Origin: Camelus ferus
Lineage: Eukaryota
Reading direction: 5' to 3'
Assembly (NCBI RefSeq): GCF_009834535.1
Contig: NC_045696.1
Location: forward strand, 68,698,001 to 68,762,000
DNA length: 64,000 nt
Shown: in pieces, positions 25,161-38,325 of the stretch
Position numbering within the stretch: position 1 is the stretch's first letter
Layout: each line of letters opens with the position of its first letter
Made by a program: the position numbers and the translations under genes
Notes under the pieces: generated by a model
The model's input: the letters and a program-made list of their open reading frames with translations, nothing else
Told to the model about the DNA's origin: nothing
Databases searched by the model: none

Positions 25161-25771
25161 GTTTTAAATTTGTAAGAAAAAGTTAAAATGCTCATTGATA
25201 GGGTGGAGAACAGAGCCCCTGGGTTAGGAATTAGTCAACACTGACTTTCTGTGTGATCTTTCAAGTCCTTTCTCCGGGCCCTCAGTTCCCGTCTATACAT
25301 AGTTCCCAGGTGTCCCTCCAGATGTCCTACCCATCTATAGGCCTATATTTGTGGTCCTATATCTGTATCACTCTCACCTTATTCTCTTCGCACTTTTCCC
25401 AGCCTGACCTCTTAGAGTCCCCATCTGTAACACAGTAGTAAATAACATTTACTTTTTTAAAAAATGTTAAATTGAAAATGAAAGGAAACAGTGGATGCCA
25501 AGTACCTGCCCAGTAGCAAGTACTCAGTAAATGTGGGATTCCTGCCCCTTTGCCCCTTCCTTTCCCACAGAGCAGGGCTCAGCCTCTGAGCTCCTCCTGC
25601 CCTCCTCCCCTCTCCCTAGCTGAGTCTCCCTCCCTCTCCTCACCCTTTCTCCATCCTCCTCCTCCCCACCACCTGTTCCTATAGAGAGCACAGAGCTTTT
25701 AACAACTTGAGAGGTTCTCAGCTTGCAGAATGCTCAGGCCCTCAGCTTCCTTTTGCATTGTTTCCCTAGGA

Positions 25772-25935
25772 CAGTGATTTTCACACTTTAGTTGCATCCG
25801 GAATTCCCTGGGAAGTTTCTTAAAACACAGACTGCTGGGCTTCACCCGGAGTTCTTGTTCAGTAGGCCTGGTGCAGGAATGTCTCCAGCAAGTTCTCAGG
25901 TGATGCTGCTGCTAGCATGGGTTCTCTGCAAACCC
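25772..25935. mobile_element. MER5A-like hAT element
   Basis: cagtgattttcacacttt...taaaacacagactgctgggc...caagttctcaggtgatgctgctgct. Confidence 0.7.
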
Positions 25936-26599
25936 AGAGGCCAGCTACAGGCCCCATGTTCCAGAGGAAAAGTGCACTTGCCAGGGAGCTTGGCCCCGAG
26001 GGCTGGAGCTAAGGAGGAGAAGGAGGTGTAGGCCTCTGGGAAGGGGTCAGATGGGACATCAGAGCAGGGCCAAACCCCCAAGAGAAGAGTTACTCCGGCT
26101 TTTCCTCTTTCTTCTCCCTTCCCACCTGAAATGCAGCCCTCACTCCCATTCTTGGGAAAGCTGCAGAGCCAGGTGAGAATGGGCCCAGGCTGACGGGCCA
26201 ACTGCCAGGGCAGAGGAAGGGAAAGGGAGCAGGTAAAAATCTCCAAAACCCAGGACACACAAGCTGCGAGGTGGGTGAAACTGAGTCCATTGAGACTGGT
26301 TTATTGCAGGCATGTTCCTGCTGTTTGGAGTATTGTGTAAAAGTGGGAGCTCGCCTGTGACAAATGCTGAGCCCTGCGCTAAGCACATTTCGTCTCCATG
26401 AACGTAGGCATTGTCCCCATTCTCACATAGTAACTGTCCCCGAATTATGCAGCAGGTACCCACCCGGGCTGACGCTGACTTCAGACCGTGCTCTCAGCAC
26501 TGGTTCGTACTGCCTCATGACCTCCCGAGCCTTGCACCCCCTACAAGCAGTGAGACTTTGACCAAATCAATCTTTCTGAGCCTCAGTGTCTCTGCCAGT

Positions 26600-26621
26600 A
26601 AAAAAAAAAAAAAAAAAAAAA
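26600..26621. repeat. A22 homopolymer inside a MIR fragment
   Basis: Seen directly; flanked by ctgagcctcagtgtctctgccagt MIR core sequence. Confidence 0.85.
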
Positions 26622-27634
26622 TCAATATTTCGTCCCTGAGTGTTCCCAAAAGGATTTTGAAACACAGATAAAACAGTAAAACGGCCAGGTGAAACTATGA
26701 GGTAAATGCAGGTAGCTGTGCCGTGTGTGTCGCAGACATCCACCTAAGGTTTAATGGCAATGACCTTGGCCTCTGCCATTCACAGGGGGAGCCACTTAGA
26801 GGTCTAACATTTGGTCCTGGGCATCACAGGGTTAACATTTCATCCTGTTTTAAATAAAATCGTTACTCAACCAGTGTAACTAATGTTTTATTATTACTAA
26901 TTCCAAAACCATTGCACCACGGAGCTAGAGTTTAAAAAGAGTTTAACTGAAGACCAAAACATGCCTAGTAGCAATACTTGTTTTATAAATAATTTCTGTT
27001 CCAAAATCTAACTTGGTGCAGCTTTTTTGGTATATGTCATGTGTGTGATATACAATGTTTTCATTGTATCCCTGAGTCCTGAAACATTCAGAAAAATAAC
27101 AAGAACAATAATAATCCTCATTTTTACAGCACCAAATGGTAGACTGAATGATCACTCGCGTCCTTGCATTATAGATGAGGCCCAAGCAGTTTACATGGGA
27201 TGCTCAAGTTGTTAGAGCTGTGGCCATCCACCCAGGTAGCATGGGGGCAGACCCAGTGCTCTTTGCTTCGTCCATACTGTTCCCACAGAGCACTTCAGAA
27301 AAGAGCATGCCACCCCACCCAGCGCCATCACTGCAGCGTGTGTAGCCATCCACTGGGAGATGCCCCCTGAGAACCAAGACCCATCCCAACCCCCAGCAGC
27401 TGATTTTTACAGAGTCCTTTCTGCGTTGTGGTGCTTCTTTGGTTGGATTCTCTGTTAGCATGTCTCTGAGGAGCTGTTTGGTTTCACAGGGCTCCAGGAG
27501 TTTCCTGTTAATACCATTGTCCTGGAAAGAGTCTGGAATGACTCTAAAGTGACTTAATTTTTTTTTCTCAAAAATATTAGCATGAGGCATTTCCTGGAGT
27601 GTGTACTCACATGTCCTCTATTTTCTTGACAGCA

Positions 27635-27830
27635 GAATGTTGTGGTTTAGATTAGAGACTCTTAGAGTCATGTGAATGTCACTTTGTCACTTACTGGGTG
27701 TATGACATTGGACAAATTACTTAATTTTTCTGGGCCTCAGTCTCCAAATCTGTGTAATGCAAATAATAATAATGCTTAATTCAGAAGATTGTTGAGATAT
27801 AGTAAGTGCTTGATATATGTGAACTGTCAT
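27635..27830 (+). mobile_element. MIR SINE
   Basis: gtggtttagattagagactc...ggacaaattacttaa...ggcctcagtctcc...tagtaagtgctt. Confidence 0.75.
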
Positions 27831-27879
27831 TTTAATTATGTCTTTCTTCACACTTAAAATAATACAGACTCTTCTGCTT

Positions 27880-30155
27880 CTGTGAAAATATCTTTTAGGC
27901 AAAGTAAAGACTTTTCCAGATATATCAAGTTTCAAAGAATTCATCACCAGCAGACCCACACAAAAAGAAATTTTAAAGGAAGTCCTTCAGACAGGAAGAA
28001 AATAATACCAAATGGAAAAATGGATCTACACAAAGAAATGAAGAGGACCAGATGTGGAAACTACCTGGGTAGATACAGAATATTTTTTTCTAATTGTTTA
28101 ATTCTATTTTAGAGATAATTGTCTGTTTAAATAATACCAGTGTACCAAGGGGTTTAAAACATAGTTATAAGGAGAATTAATGACAGCAATCATATGGTGA
28201 CATGAAGGGGAAGGTGGAAGTATGTTATTTAAGGTTCTTACAATACACATGAAGTTGTATAATATCATTGGAAAGTAGACTGTGAAAAATTAAACCCTCA
28301 AGCAATGGTAAAATAACAAAACAAAGAATTATAGCTAGTAAGCCAACAAAGTAGATAAAATAAAATAATAACAAATACACTAATTCTAGTCTAACTGAAT
28401 CTGAAAGGGAAAACAAAGAACAGATGGGACAAACAGAATACAAAGACCTATATGATATATTCAAACTTAACCATATAATATTCACATTAAATGTAAATAA
28501 TCTAAACACAAAATTGAAAGGCAGAGATTGTCAGATTAAATAAAGAAGCAAGACCCAACTATATGCTGCTTACAAGAAATGCATTTTAAATATAAGGATA
28601 CAAATAGGTTAAAAGTTAAAAGGTAGAAAAACATATACCATGCTAACTCTAATTAAAAGAAAACTGGAGAGGCTATATTAATGTCAGACAAGTACATTTC
28701 AGAACAAAGAATATTACCAGGGATAAAGAACATCATAGTGGTAAACAGAAGTGTTAATCCATAAAGAGAGTATAACAATCCTAAATTTATACGTCTCATT
28801 ACAAAGCTTCAAAATGTATGAACACACAGAACCTGACAGAACTGGAAGGAGAAACAGAAAAATTGACAATATAGAGATTTTAACATTCCTCCCTAAACAG
28901 TTGATGGAAGAAGCAGACGTAAAAATCAGTAAGAGTATTGACCACTTAAATAACATGATCAATGAGTTGATATTTAAAGATAACTCCACCCAACCACAAC
29001 AGAATATACGTTCCTTTCAAGTGCGTGTGAAATGTTTACCAAGATATAGATCATATTTCAGGCCTATAGCTAATCTCAACTTTTTTTTACTGTGATAGAC
29101 ACCTGGATTAAGCAAAGGTTTCCTTGATACAACACCAAAAGCATGATCTATAGAAAAAAAAATGATAAACTGTACTTCATCAAAATTAAAAACTTTTCCT
29201 CTGCAAAAGACATTAAGATAATGAAAAGACAAGCCACGGATTAGGGGAAAATATTTGCAAATCATGTATCTGATAATGGATTTGTATGTATAATGGACTC
29301 GTGTATAAAGAACACAATAGTTAGAAAAAATAACATAGTTTTAAAATAGGTAAAATATCTGAACACTTTACCAAAAATGATACATAGATAACAAATAAAC
29401 ACTTAAAAATACTAAAAAATTATTCATCATTAGGGGAATGTAAATAAAATCCAATGAGGTACCTCTACATACATATAAGAATGGCTAAATTTTTTTAAAA
29501 ATTGACCTTACATGTATTGGCAAAGATGAGGCACAACTGGAATGTTAATTCACTATTGGTGGGAATGTAAAATGGTATAACCACTTTGGGCAAATGTTTG
29601 GCAGTGTCTTAAAACATGAGACATGTACCTACCATATGATCCAGCCATTCCACCCCTAGAGATGGATGCAAGAAAAATTAAAGCATATTTCTGAACAAAG
29701 ACATATACATGAATGCTCATAGCAGCTTTCTTTGTAATAGCTGAAACCTGGGAACAGCCCACATGTCCATTAACAGATGAATGGATAAACAATTGTGGCA
29801 TATGAACTAATGGTACATGCAACAACGTGGGCAAGTCACAAAATAATTACACTGAGTGAAAGAAGCCAGACAAAAATGAGTACTACTGTATGACTCCATT
29901 CACGTAAAGTTCTAGAAAGTGCAAACAAATCTGTACTGACAGAAAGCAGACCAGTTCTTCCCTAGAGAAGCAGGGGCAAGTTTGACAGGGAAGGAGAGGT
30001 CACAAAGGGACACTAGGAAACTTTTGGGAAGGATGGATATGGTCATTAGTCTGGTTGCAGCAGTGGTTTCACAAGTGTGTAGATATCAGACTGCATACTT
30101 TAAATTTGTGTAGCATATTGGATGTCAATTATACCTTACAAATCTATCTTTAAAA
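27880..30155 (+). mobile_element. Old L1 (L1MC/MD-like): ORF1 end, ORF2 endonuclease, internal gap, ORF2 C-terminus and 3' UTR
   Basis: ORF 28751-29095 (IHKESITILNLYV...KISKSIDHLNNMINEL) is a degenerate L1 endonuclease; acattaaatgtaaata and gacccaactatatgctg motifs; 3' UTR ggaaacttttggg...gtcaattatacct. Confidence 0.85.
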
Positions 30156-32499
30156 TAACACGAGCTAATTGAGAAAGTAGTAGGAATATGAACAGGTGAA
30201 AGAAAAATATTCATTGAATGATGAATAAGAATAATTTTTCTTTAAAAGAATTGCAGATTCTAAGAGCTAGAAGACTGCTTGGAGATCATTCTAGACTAAT
30301 GCCCTGCTTTTACAGATGGAAATACTGAAACTCGGAAAGACAAGCAAAATTGTACAGGTAACAAGTATTAGGTCCAGTGTTCTTCCCATTAAGCCATCCT
30401 GTGGTATAAAAATTGCAGGCAGTGGGAGACTTTAAATGCTTTATTATGGAAATTTTCAAGCATACACAAAATTAAAGAGAACTGTATAAAGAACTGAAAC
30501 AGAAACTTTAAAGCCCCTGCCTCTACTCTCGCCTCACGCTTTACCTCCCTAATTCTCTTATCTCTAAAGTGGGACTAAGAATACCTCACTTGTGAATACT
30601 GGATATGATGCCTGGCACATGGCAAGGGCTCAGCAGATGGTCCACACTGATTTCTCACCCTGCGTAATTCCGCCATCACTGATTCTCACCTCCCTTTTTG
30701 CCATTGCTGTAGTTCTTGTTCTTCCTTCAGCCTTTGGAAATCTTGCTCATCTTTTTAGTCCCACGCTGAACGCCACTTTCTACATATACCTTTGATGACC
30801 TTCCTCCCCTTACTTTCTAATTATATTAAGTACAATTACTATTGGTTGAGTCTCCACGAAGGGCCAGCAGCTTTGCAGGTGTTTTATAAACATCACCAAG
30901 GATTAATCACCAGCCCTAAAAATACCAGATACATGAAAATTGTATACTTTTCTCCAGAGAAAGTCGACCAACTTTCATTAGATTCTCAAAGGTATTATGC
31001 ACTTAAAAGACTTAAAGAATAACTGTGTCCTTGAAACAATATATAAGGGGAGTGCTATGGTTACTCTTATCTTATGGGGAAAAAAAAGCAAAATAAGTCA
31101 GGCCTAAAGAGCTATCATAGTTTACCCCAATACCCCCGTCATCCTGATGTTTATAGCAGTTAGCATCATGTTCTAGATGCTCAGCTATCAGGGTCTGCTG
31201 GTACACCTTCAGAAGAGCCGCCTTTTTCACAGTCAGGTACAGGTAAAGACAGATGGTTCTCAGAGTTGTATGCCCATTCATCATCAGCCCTTCATCTGGA
31301 GACTGAAAATATTTTGAGGCCCACCCTTTTAAAACAATTGCCTGAGGGGTAGCCAGCTTTCCTGAGATGCTTTTCTGTGAAGTATTTTTGGTTTTAAAAT
31401 TCTGCATTTAAAAAGTCATTGTCGTCAGGTTTGCTATGTTGTGACAACTTAAGTGTTTAAATTAGCCCTGTGGTTTGGCCAGAGGATGCTGATGGCCCCA
31501 AGGCCCATGTGCTCCACATACCCCTGGGCTGCAGCCAAGCTGTGCTGTGGGCTGGGTCTGGCCAGGAGGTCTTTCCAGCTCTTTTCCAAACTACTTTAGT
31601 TCCGTTAAATTTTTCCTGTCCTGGGAGTGGCCTGGGTACATTAGGTACTGTAGTTCCTGGTTATCCTCCAGTCTCTCCGCAACTTGTGTCCAGCTCCCAT
31701 GCTGCTACCAAACATGAATTTTCTTAAAACGCTATCTGATCAGTCGTTTTCTGTTTAAAAATCATTTCTGTCTCCCTGTGGCCTAAAAATTCAGCAGTCC
31801 TTAACCCTTTCAAGACTCTGGATCTGGGATCTGGTCTTGGGGCTGTGGCAGAAATTTGAATTTTTTAAACTCCGCACATAACTCTGTGGTCCATCCATAG
31901 TTGAAAGTCCCTGGCCTGTGGGGTAGATTTTCCACATCTAATCTGGCACGCAGGCTCCTTACACGCTGACCCCTGCTGACCTTCCACTCTCTTCCCCATC
32001 TCCTGACATGGCACCAACACCATCTTGAGTCAGAATTCTGAGAGTTTTCTTGCTGTCTCCCTCTCCCTCAATTTCTCACTCTCAATTCATGACCGAGGTC
32101 AAGCATTTCTTCTTACAAAATATATTTTGCCTTTGCCCTTGGCTCCATGTTCACTACCACCGGTTCCATTCATCCAAGCATTATCTCTCCTACTCTGGGC
32201 TTTATTCATAAATAAATATATAAAATTATATTCTAATGCTGCATTGCTATAAAGGTAAATGTAATCCAGGCTGGATTCTTTCTTATATATTCATTATTTT
32301 TTTTTAATTCTGATTTTAAAAGAAATAAAAATTAAAACATTTTCATGGGCCCCAGTCTCTGTGCCCACTGTACCTAATGGTCTTAACTACTACAACAGCC
32401 TCCTAACTGGACTCCCTGACTCCTAGCCTCCAAATCCATTTTCCCCACAATTACCCAAAGTTACCTTTCATCATTAAAATCCCCTGCCTAAGCAACCCT

Positions 32500-34260
32500 G
32501 ACCAGGTAATTAGGTTTTGCTTCTTATAAATATGAATAAAGCCTCTCATCACATCCTCCACACAAGTTACTAGCTGTGTTGGTACATTTCCTTCCACATT
32601 TTCTTCAATGATACATGGAAAATATATGCAAAGTAGCTATAATATGTACAAAATAGGTATTGCTTGTTGAGCCTATTGCTTTTTTATTAAATAAATGGTA
32701 TCCTAACATACATAATCATTCTTCAACCTGTCCTTTTCACTCAATAGTAAGTCTTGAAGATAAATCCAGGTTGATGCATATAGATCTTTCTCATCCCTTC
32801 TAACTGGTGCTCCACGTTCCATAGTTTGATGTTATTATATTTAGCCATTACTTTACTGAGGTCCACTTTTCACCTTAACAAATAATGTTACAATAAGCAT
32901 GTTTGCACATGAATATTTCTCTAAGACAGATATATTAAGGTAAGATTGTTGATTTGTAGGACATGCACATTTTTATTTTGTTAATACTCCCAAATTACAC
33001 ACCAAGTGGCTGGGCTGCTTTACATTCCTCCATGCATGGTACTTATTTCTCCACTATGTCACCAACACTAACTGGCTCCTACATCCTCCAGTAATTCTTT
33101 CTAAAAGGGCATGCCAATGACAGGCTTTTTAGAGTCCGTAAATGTCTTTATTTCAGCTTCACTTACATAATCCTTCAGCTAGTATAGAATGATGGGTTTG
33201 AAGATATTTCCCGGTGCACATTTGGATATTCTCTATTTCCCTTTTTTTTCCAGGCAGCTTCTGTGAATGTCTGAATGATACTCTAATTTCATTCTTTCTC
33301 TTTGGTAATTTTTAAGATTTTAATTTTATCCTTAATATGCTGAAATTTCACTATGAGGAATCTAGGTCTAATTTTATAGTAAATCTTTTCAGTCTGAGAA
33401 TTCATGTCTTTTCTCAATTCTGAGAAAACTGAGGCAAATATTTCTTCAAAGATTACTTCCCTTTCCTCCTATTTTGTTTTTAACAAAAATTCTATTAAAC
33501 ATTTGTAGGACCTTCTGAATTTGTACTTTACTTTTCTCATACTTCTGATCTCTTTATTTGGGGGAATTCCTCAGCTTGATTTTCCAAATCATTAACTAAT
33601 TTTTCATTTGTGGCCATTCAGCTATTTATATTTACAATTGCATTTTATCTTTAATATCAATAATTATATTTAATAAATTCAAATGTTTTGTTAGAATTTT
33701 GTTAATTATCTAATTGCTTCTTTTTGTGTTTCAACCTGTTCTTGTTTCAAGCCTTTCTCCTCTTCTTAATCCATAGATAATATTCCCTCTTTTAGCTTTC
33801 TGGAGACAGTTTATTTCAAAATTCCATTCTTATGATTCTGTTATCTCCATTTCCTTCCATGACATTCTTTTCTTGCTGTGTTTATTATCCCTTTTCCATA
33901 TACAGGCTTTGAAAAATATTTATAGATTCCTGTTTGGCAACTTTTCTGTGGTGAGGATTCTCACTCCTTCCCCAGTGATGTCATGCCACAGCCTTGTCAG
34001 CCCCCAGCTTCCCAGTGGGACTGTGAAGACTTCCCACATAGTCAGGATGGGTTCCCACTGTGGGAACCTCACTGCTGTAGCTTCTCATCTACCATCCTCC
34101 TTTTACAAAACTTCCCATTTCCTCATCTACAGATAATTTTTTTTTTATTCTGAGTGCAGCTGTTCATTTATTAATCTCATTTCTACATCTTCATTATTTC
34201 TATGAACTGGGTATAGAAATGGGGGAATTTCCACACATGTAGACATCCAGATAGTGTAGT
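32500..34260 (-). mobile_element. Highly decayed L1ME-like fragments
   Basis: T-rich antisense L1 character (ccttttcactcaata, gctagtatagaat, tgctgaaatttcacta). Confidence 0.45.
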
Positions 34261-34832
34261 CCATCATTGTGAAATCACTAATTCTTCATTAGCTAGCTTG
34301 TACTCATTCTAGTCAGCTTAGATACCACATCACCATGGCTTCGCTGACCACTTTGTATAAATTAGGCCCTACTCTTAGCTTCGCTCATAAACCTCTGTTC
34401 TCTTCCAATGTAACATTCATCACAATTTATAATTATAGATTCAGTTGTATGTTTACCTGTCTTGATCCCATTTTTAAAAATTATTTCAACATCTATGTAT
34501 TCAATAAGCATTTATTGAACAAAGAGTACAAAAGATACTGTTCAGGCCCCCAAATTATTGTAATGAAAGAATAATTTGCCACATGCAATTTAAAGTGTAA
34601 GGAACAAAGGTAGTGTTTACTTAGCTGTTAGGTGATCAGGGAAGATTTCCCAGAGAAGCTGAGATTTAAACACGATTTCAAGGGATAAATAAGAGGAAGT
34701 TCTATAGACAAATGGGAAAGAAACTAGCATTAAAGACCAAAAGAACCAAGTATATACGTTCATGCAGACATAAGAGATCATGGTGGAATCTGGAATATGT
34801 GACTAGTTTGGTACCAGTTCTAGACATTACAC

Positions 34833-34844
34833 AGAGAGAGAGAG

Positions 34845-34879
<35 letters not shown>
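34833..34879. repeat. Compound microsatellite (AG)6 ... (TG)15
   Basis: Seen directly. Confidence 0.95.
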
Positions 34880-34880
<1 letters not shown>

Positions 34881-34940
34881 TAAGTATGCTGGTTGTGGGC
34901 AAGAATATAGAGGTGAAAGAGAAATCCTATATGAGAGTAC

Positions 34941-35130
34941 TGTGTCAGTCAGGGTAGGCTAGATTATCTGCAGTAAGAAACAATGCCAGAAGCTCAGTGG
35001 CGTCACAGAAGAGTTTCTTTCTCACTCATGCAAAGTCTGCTGTGGATCTAGGCCATCCTCCAGAACAGCCGTCCTGCACGTGTTGGCTGCACACAGCAGG
35101 CTACTTCAATCTTATGGCACCTCCTGTCAA
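34941..35130 (-). mobile_element. Old MLT1 LTR fragment
   Basis: tgtgtcagtcagggtaggctagattatctgcagtaa...ctcagtggc...tttctcactcatgc. Confidence 0.6.
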
Positions 35131-35139
35131 CATTAGACT

Positions 35140-36730
35140 TCAGGGTTTAAATGCCATTCTAAGACACTTTATTTTATTCTGTAAGCAAAGGAGGGCTCTG
35201 AAAGATTTGACAAAGGGAGAGAATTAATGAGACTTGTATTTTTATAAGAGTGGTAGTAAGGGCAGAGAAACCAATGAGAAGTTGTTGAAATTGTTCAGTG
35301 AAAACTAATGAAGCCCTCCACTAATGCAGGGACAGTGGGGAACAGAGTTTATGCATGATGGATTTGAAAGATACTTACATGTAAACAGTAGGAGTTATTG
35401 GCTGATGGCCTATGAGGAGGAAAAGAAAAAATAAATCAGAGATGACACTCAAATATCTAGATTGAATATCTGAGTTGTTGGTAGTTCTTCATGGACATCA
35501 TTGATATGAGAAAATTAGAAAGCTGGGAATAGAAAAATAATGACCTCTGTCCAATGGAAATGGAGGTGAGAATAGACGTTTGATTTGAGGGGGAGGAACT
35601 ATGGGGAGACATTTAGGCTAAAGAAATAGATTTGTAAGTGATCAGTGTGTAATGGTATTAGGAATGTAGAAGAAGTATTCAGGAAGAATAGTTAAAATTG
35701 AGCTTCTGAGCTTCATGGCCTCAGGAGAGCCATCAAACTCCTGAAATCATATGCCAAATTTTAAGGATATTTTATATTTAAATGTTTCTTGGAAGAAGGC
35801 TCATTCCACAAATGTTTATTAAGGTCTTTGTGCACGTCAAAGGCATTATTATTGGTCCTGGGAACAGAGCAGTAAACAGAAAATACAAAAATATTTGTTC
35901 ACTTGGAGATTGTGTTATTCTAATGGTGTGGGGCTCAAGCAACAAACCAACAAATAATTAAAATAAATAACATCTTAGCTGGTGGTTAGTGCCATGAAGA
36001 CAAATGAAATAGGACATGAGGAAAGCAAGTGTGGGTGGGAATAGAAGTTGTAGAATAAAGTGGTCAGGAAGGACCTCACTGAGAAGGTGACCTTTAGAAA
36101 GAACTGAAGGAGTGAGAGAGTGAGTTGTATGGCTTTACAGGGGGTATTCCAGACAGGGGGCATCTAGCTTTCATTAGATTCTCAGTGATTCACCATAAAG
36201 ATGAAAAATCATTCCTCTGAAGTAAGAGAGCTGAGACAGGTAGAGAAAGAAGAGTCTGCAGAGGAGCGCTTAGTGATTGGCTGTGGAATTCAGAAATGAT
36301 ATAAAGCCAAGAGGATCTGATGGGCTGGAAATGGAGTGGTGTCAAAGGACTGGATAACTTGATGAGGTTGAAGGCCAGGGTTACTGAAGGAGTAAAAGAC
36401 TTAGAAAAATAGTATAAGTTTAAGATTTCAGAGGTGGATGTGGCTGTAAGTATAGTAGAAGGCTATGGTGAAATGGAAGAAGTCATCGCTGAAGTGAGAA
36501 CATCAAGGAATGAGACCCCAGTGTCACACAGGATGTCAGGAGGAACTGAGGAGGAGAGGTAAGCAATGGCCCCACATGCCTAAGTTCTTAATAAAAGGAA
36601 CAAAGAATGGGACCAAGAGGCTGTAAGGTGACAGTAATAAAAATGAGTAGGGCGTGCCAGAATGGTAGAAGAGCAGGGGAATTTGGAAGGAGGGAGAAAA
36701 GTAAAGTTCATGAAGCAGCAGTAGGGAGTT
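35140..36730 (-). mobile_element. L2 LINE fragments (at least two copies)
   Basis: tcattccacaaatgtttatt 3' end at ~35800; gtggtcaggaaggacctcactgagaaggtgac; gatttcagaggtgg. Confidence 0.6.
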
Positions 36731-36965
36731 AGGGAAGTTATAACTCCGACTCCTCCATGATCTGAATCCTGCCTTTCGCGTGGTCTGACCCCAGCCGTCG
36801 ATTTGCTGCTTATGGCCTAATGAGTCTTGTCCTGTGGTTGTAACTGCTTGGTCCATGCAGTCTTAGCATCTCCTTCTGGGGGAGGGGAGACCTAATACGA
36901 GTGAATAGCAACTATAGTCAGTATCAAATGGGTTTAGGTGAGCAAAGGTTAGGGAGGTGTGAAGG

Positions 36966-37351
36966 TGGATTAGCTTCCATTAGCTTCCTGGAGCTGCCAT
37001 AACAAAATACCCCAGACTGGCCCACTTAAGTAGTAGAAATTTATTTCCTCACAGTTCTGAGGCTAGAAGTATAAGATTGAGGTGTTGGCAGGTTTGGTTT
37101 CCTTTGAGACCCCTCTCCTGAGCTTGCAGATGGCTGCCTTCTTACTGTGTCCCCACGATGTCTTCCCTCTGTCTCTGTTGTCTGTGTTCTAAGCTCTTCT
37201 TCCTATAATTAGATTAGGGCCACTCTGACAGCCCCATTTTAACTTAATCACCTCTTTAAAGCTCCTGTCTTCAAATACAGTCATATTTTGAGATACTGGG
37301 AATTAAGACTTCAACATATAAATTTGAGGGGGATTAATTCAGCCCATAACA
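36966..37351 (-). mobile_element. MLT1A-like MaLR solo LTR
   Basis: gctgccataacaaaatac...ctcacagttctg...ttaatcacctctttaaag...attcagcccataaca. Confidence 0.85.
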
Positions 37352-37648
37352 TATGGCCTATGTCTCAAATACTTAAAAACCCCAGGATTTTTTTCCTTAC
37401 ACATTGCCCCTCTTAAGACTGGCAAAACAGGAAAAAAAAGGAAAATGTCCCCAGACCTGCCTACTACCTCACCTCTTGGTATGAAAATAAAGTCTGTTTC
37501 AGCATTAGTCAAGGTTTCTCTTATTACCTACCAAACAGAACCTTAACTGACCCAGTATTTGTTAATTCTGTGCATATGGTGCCTGAAGTCAGCTTGACAC
37601 CACCCGTGGTATGTGCAGATGCTTTGGGAGAACGTCAGTAAGAGAGCC

Positions 37649-38055
37649 TATATTCATTTGTAGGGCCACCATAGCAGAGCACCACAGACCAGGTAGCTTA
37701 AACAGCAGAAATGGATTTTCTCAGTCTGGGAGACTAGATGTTCAGGATCAAGGTGTTGGCAGGTGTTTTAAGGAAGTACAAGGTCAAGGTTGTTCTTTTG
37801 AGGCCTCTCTCTTTGGCTCACAGGTGACCACCTTCTTGCTGTCTCCTCATACAGTCTTTCCTCTGTGTTGTCTGTATCTTAATCTCCTCCTCTTACAAGG
37901 ACAGCAGTCATAATGGATTAGGGTCCACCCTAATAACTTCCTTTTAACTTAATCACCCCTTTAAAGGTCCTGTCTCCAAATAGTCACATTCTGAGGTACT
38001 GGGGATGAGGGCTTCAATATATGAAGGTTGGAGGGACACAATTCAGCCCATAATA
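37649..38055 (-). mobile_element. Second MLT1A-like MaLR solo LTR
   Basis: Same motif order (accacagac...tttaacttaatcaccc...gtcacattctgaggtactgggg...aattcagcccataata). Confidence 0.85.
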
Positions 38056-38069
38056 GAGGCTAATAATTT

Positions 38070-38325
38070 ACTTTTCTTTTTTTAATTTTTTTTTTATTTA
38101 GGTATAGTCAGTTACAATGTTGTGTCAATTCCTGGTGTACAGCACAGTGATTCAGTCATACAAGAATATGCATATATTCATTTTCATATTCTGTTTCACC
38201 ATAAGCTACTACAAGATATTGAATATATTTCCCTATGCTTATACAGTATAAACTTGTTTATCTATTTTATATATACCAGTCAATATCTGCATATCTCAAA
38301 CCCCCAGTTTATCCCTTCCCACCCA
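38070..38325 (-). mobile_element. Camelid-type L1 3' end fragment
   Basis: Poly-T plus gtatagtcagttacaatgttgtgtcaatt...tttatcccttcccaccc. Confidence 0.85.

Noticed and set aside
28751..29095. 114-aa ORF as a host gene
   Set aside because: Decayed L1 ORF2 endonuclease fragment.
36966..38055. Two MLT1A LTRs as the ends of one deleted provirus
   Set aside because: The second LTR has its own near-TSD (GAGCC/GAGGC), and the spacer resembles the end of another old LTR rather than MaLR internal sequence; independent solo LTRs are more likely.
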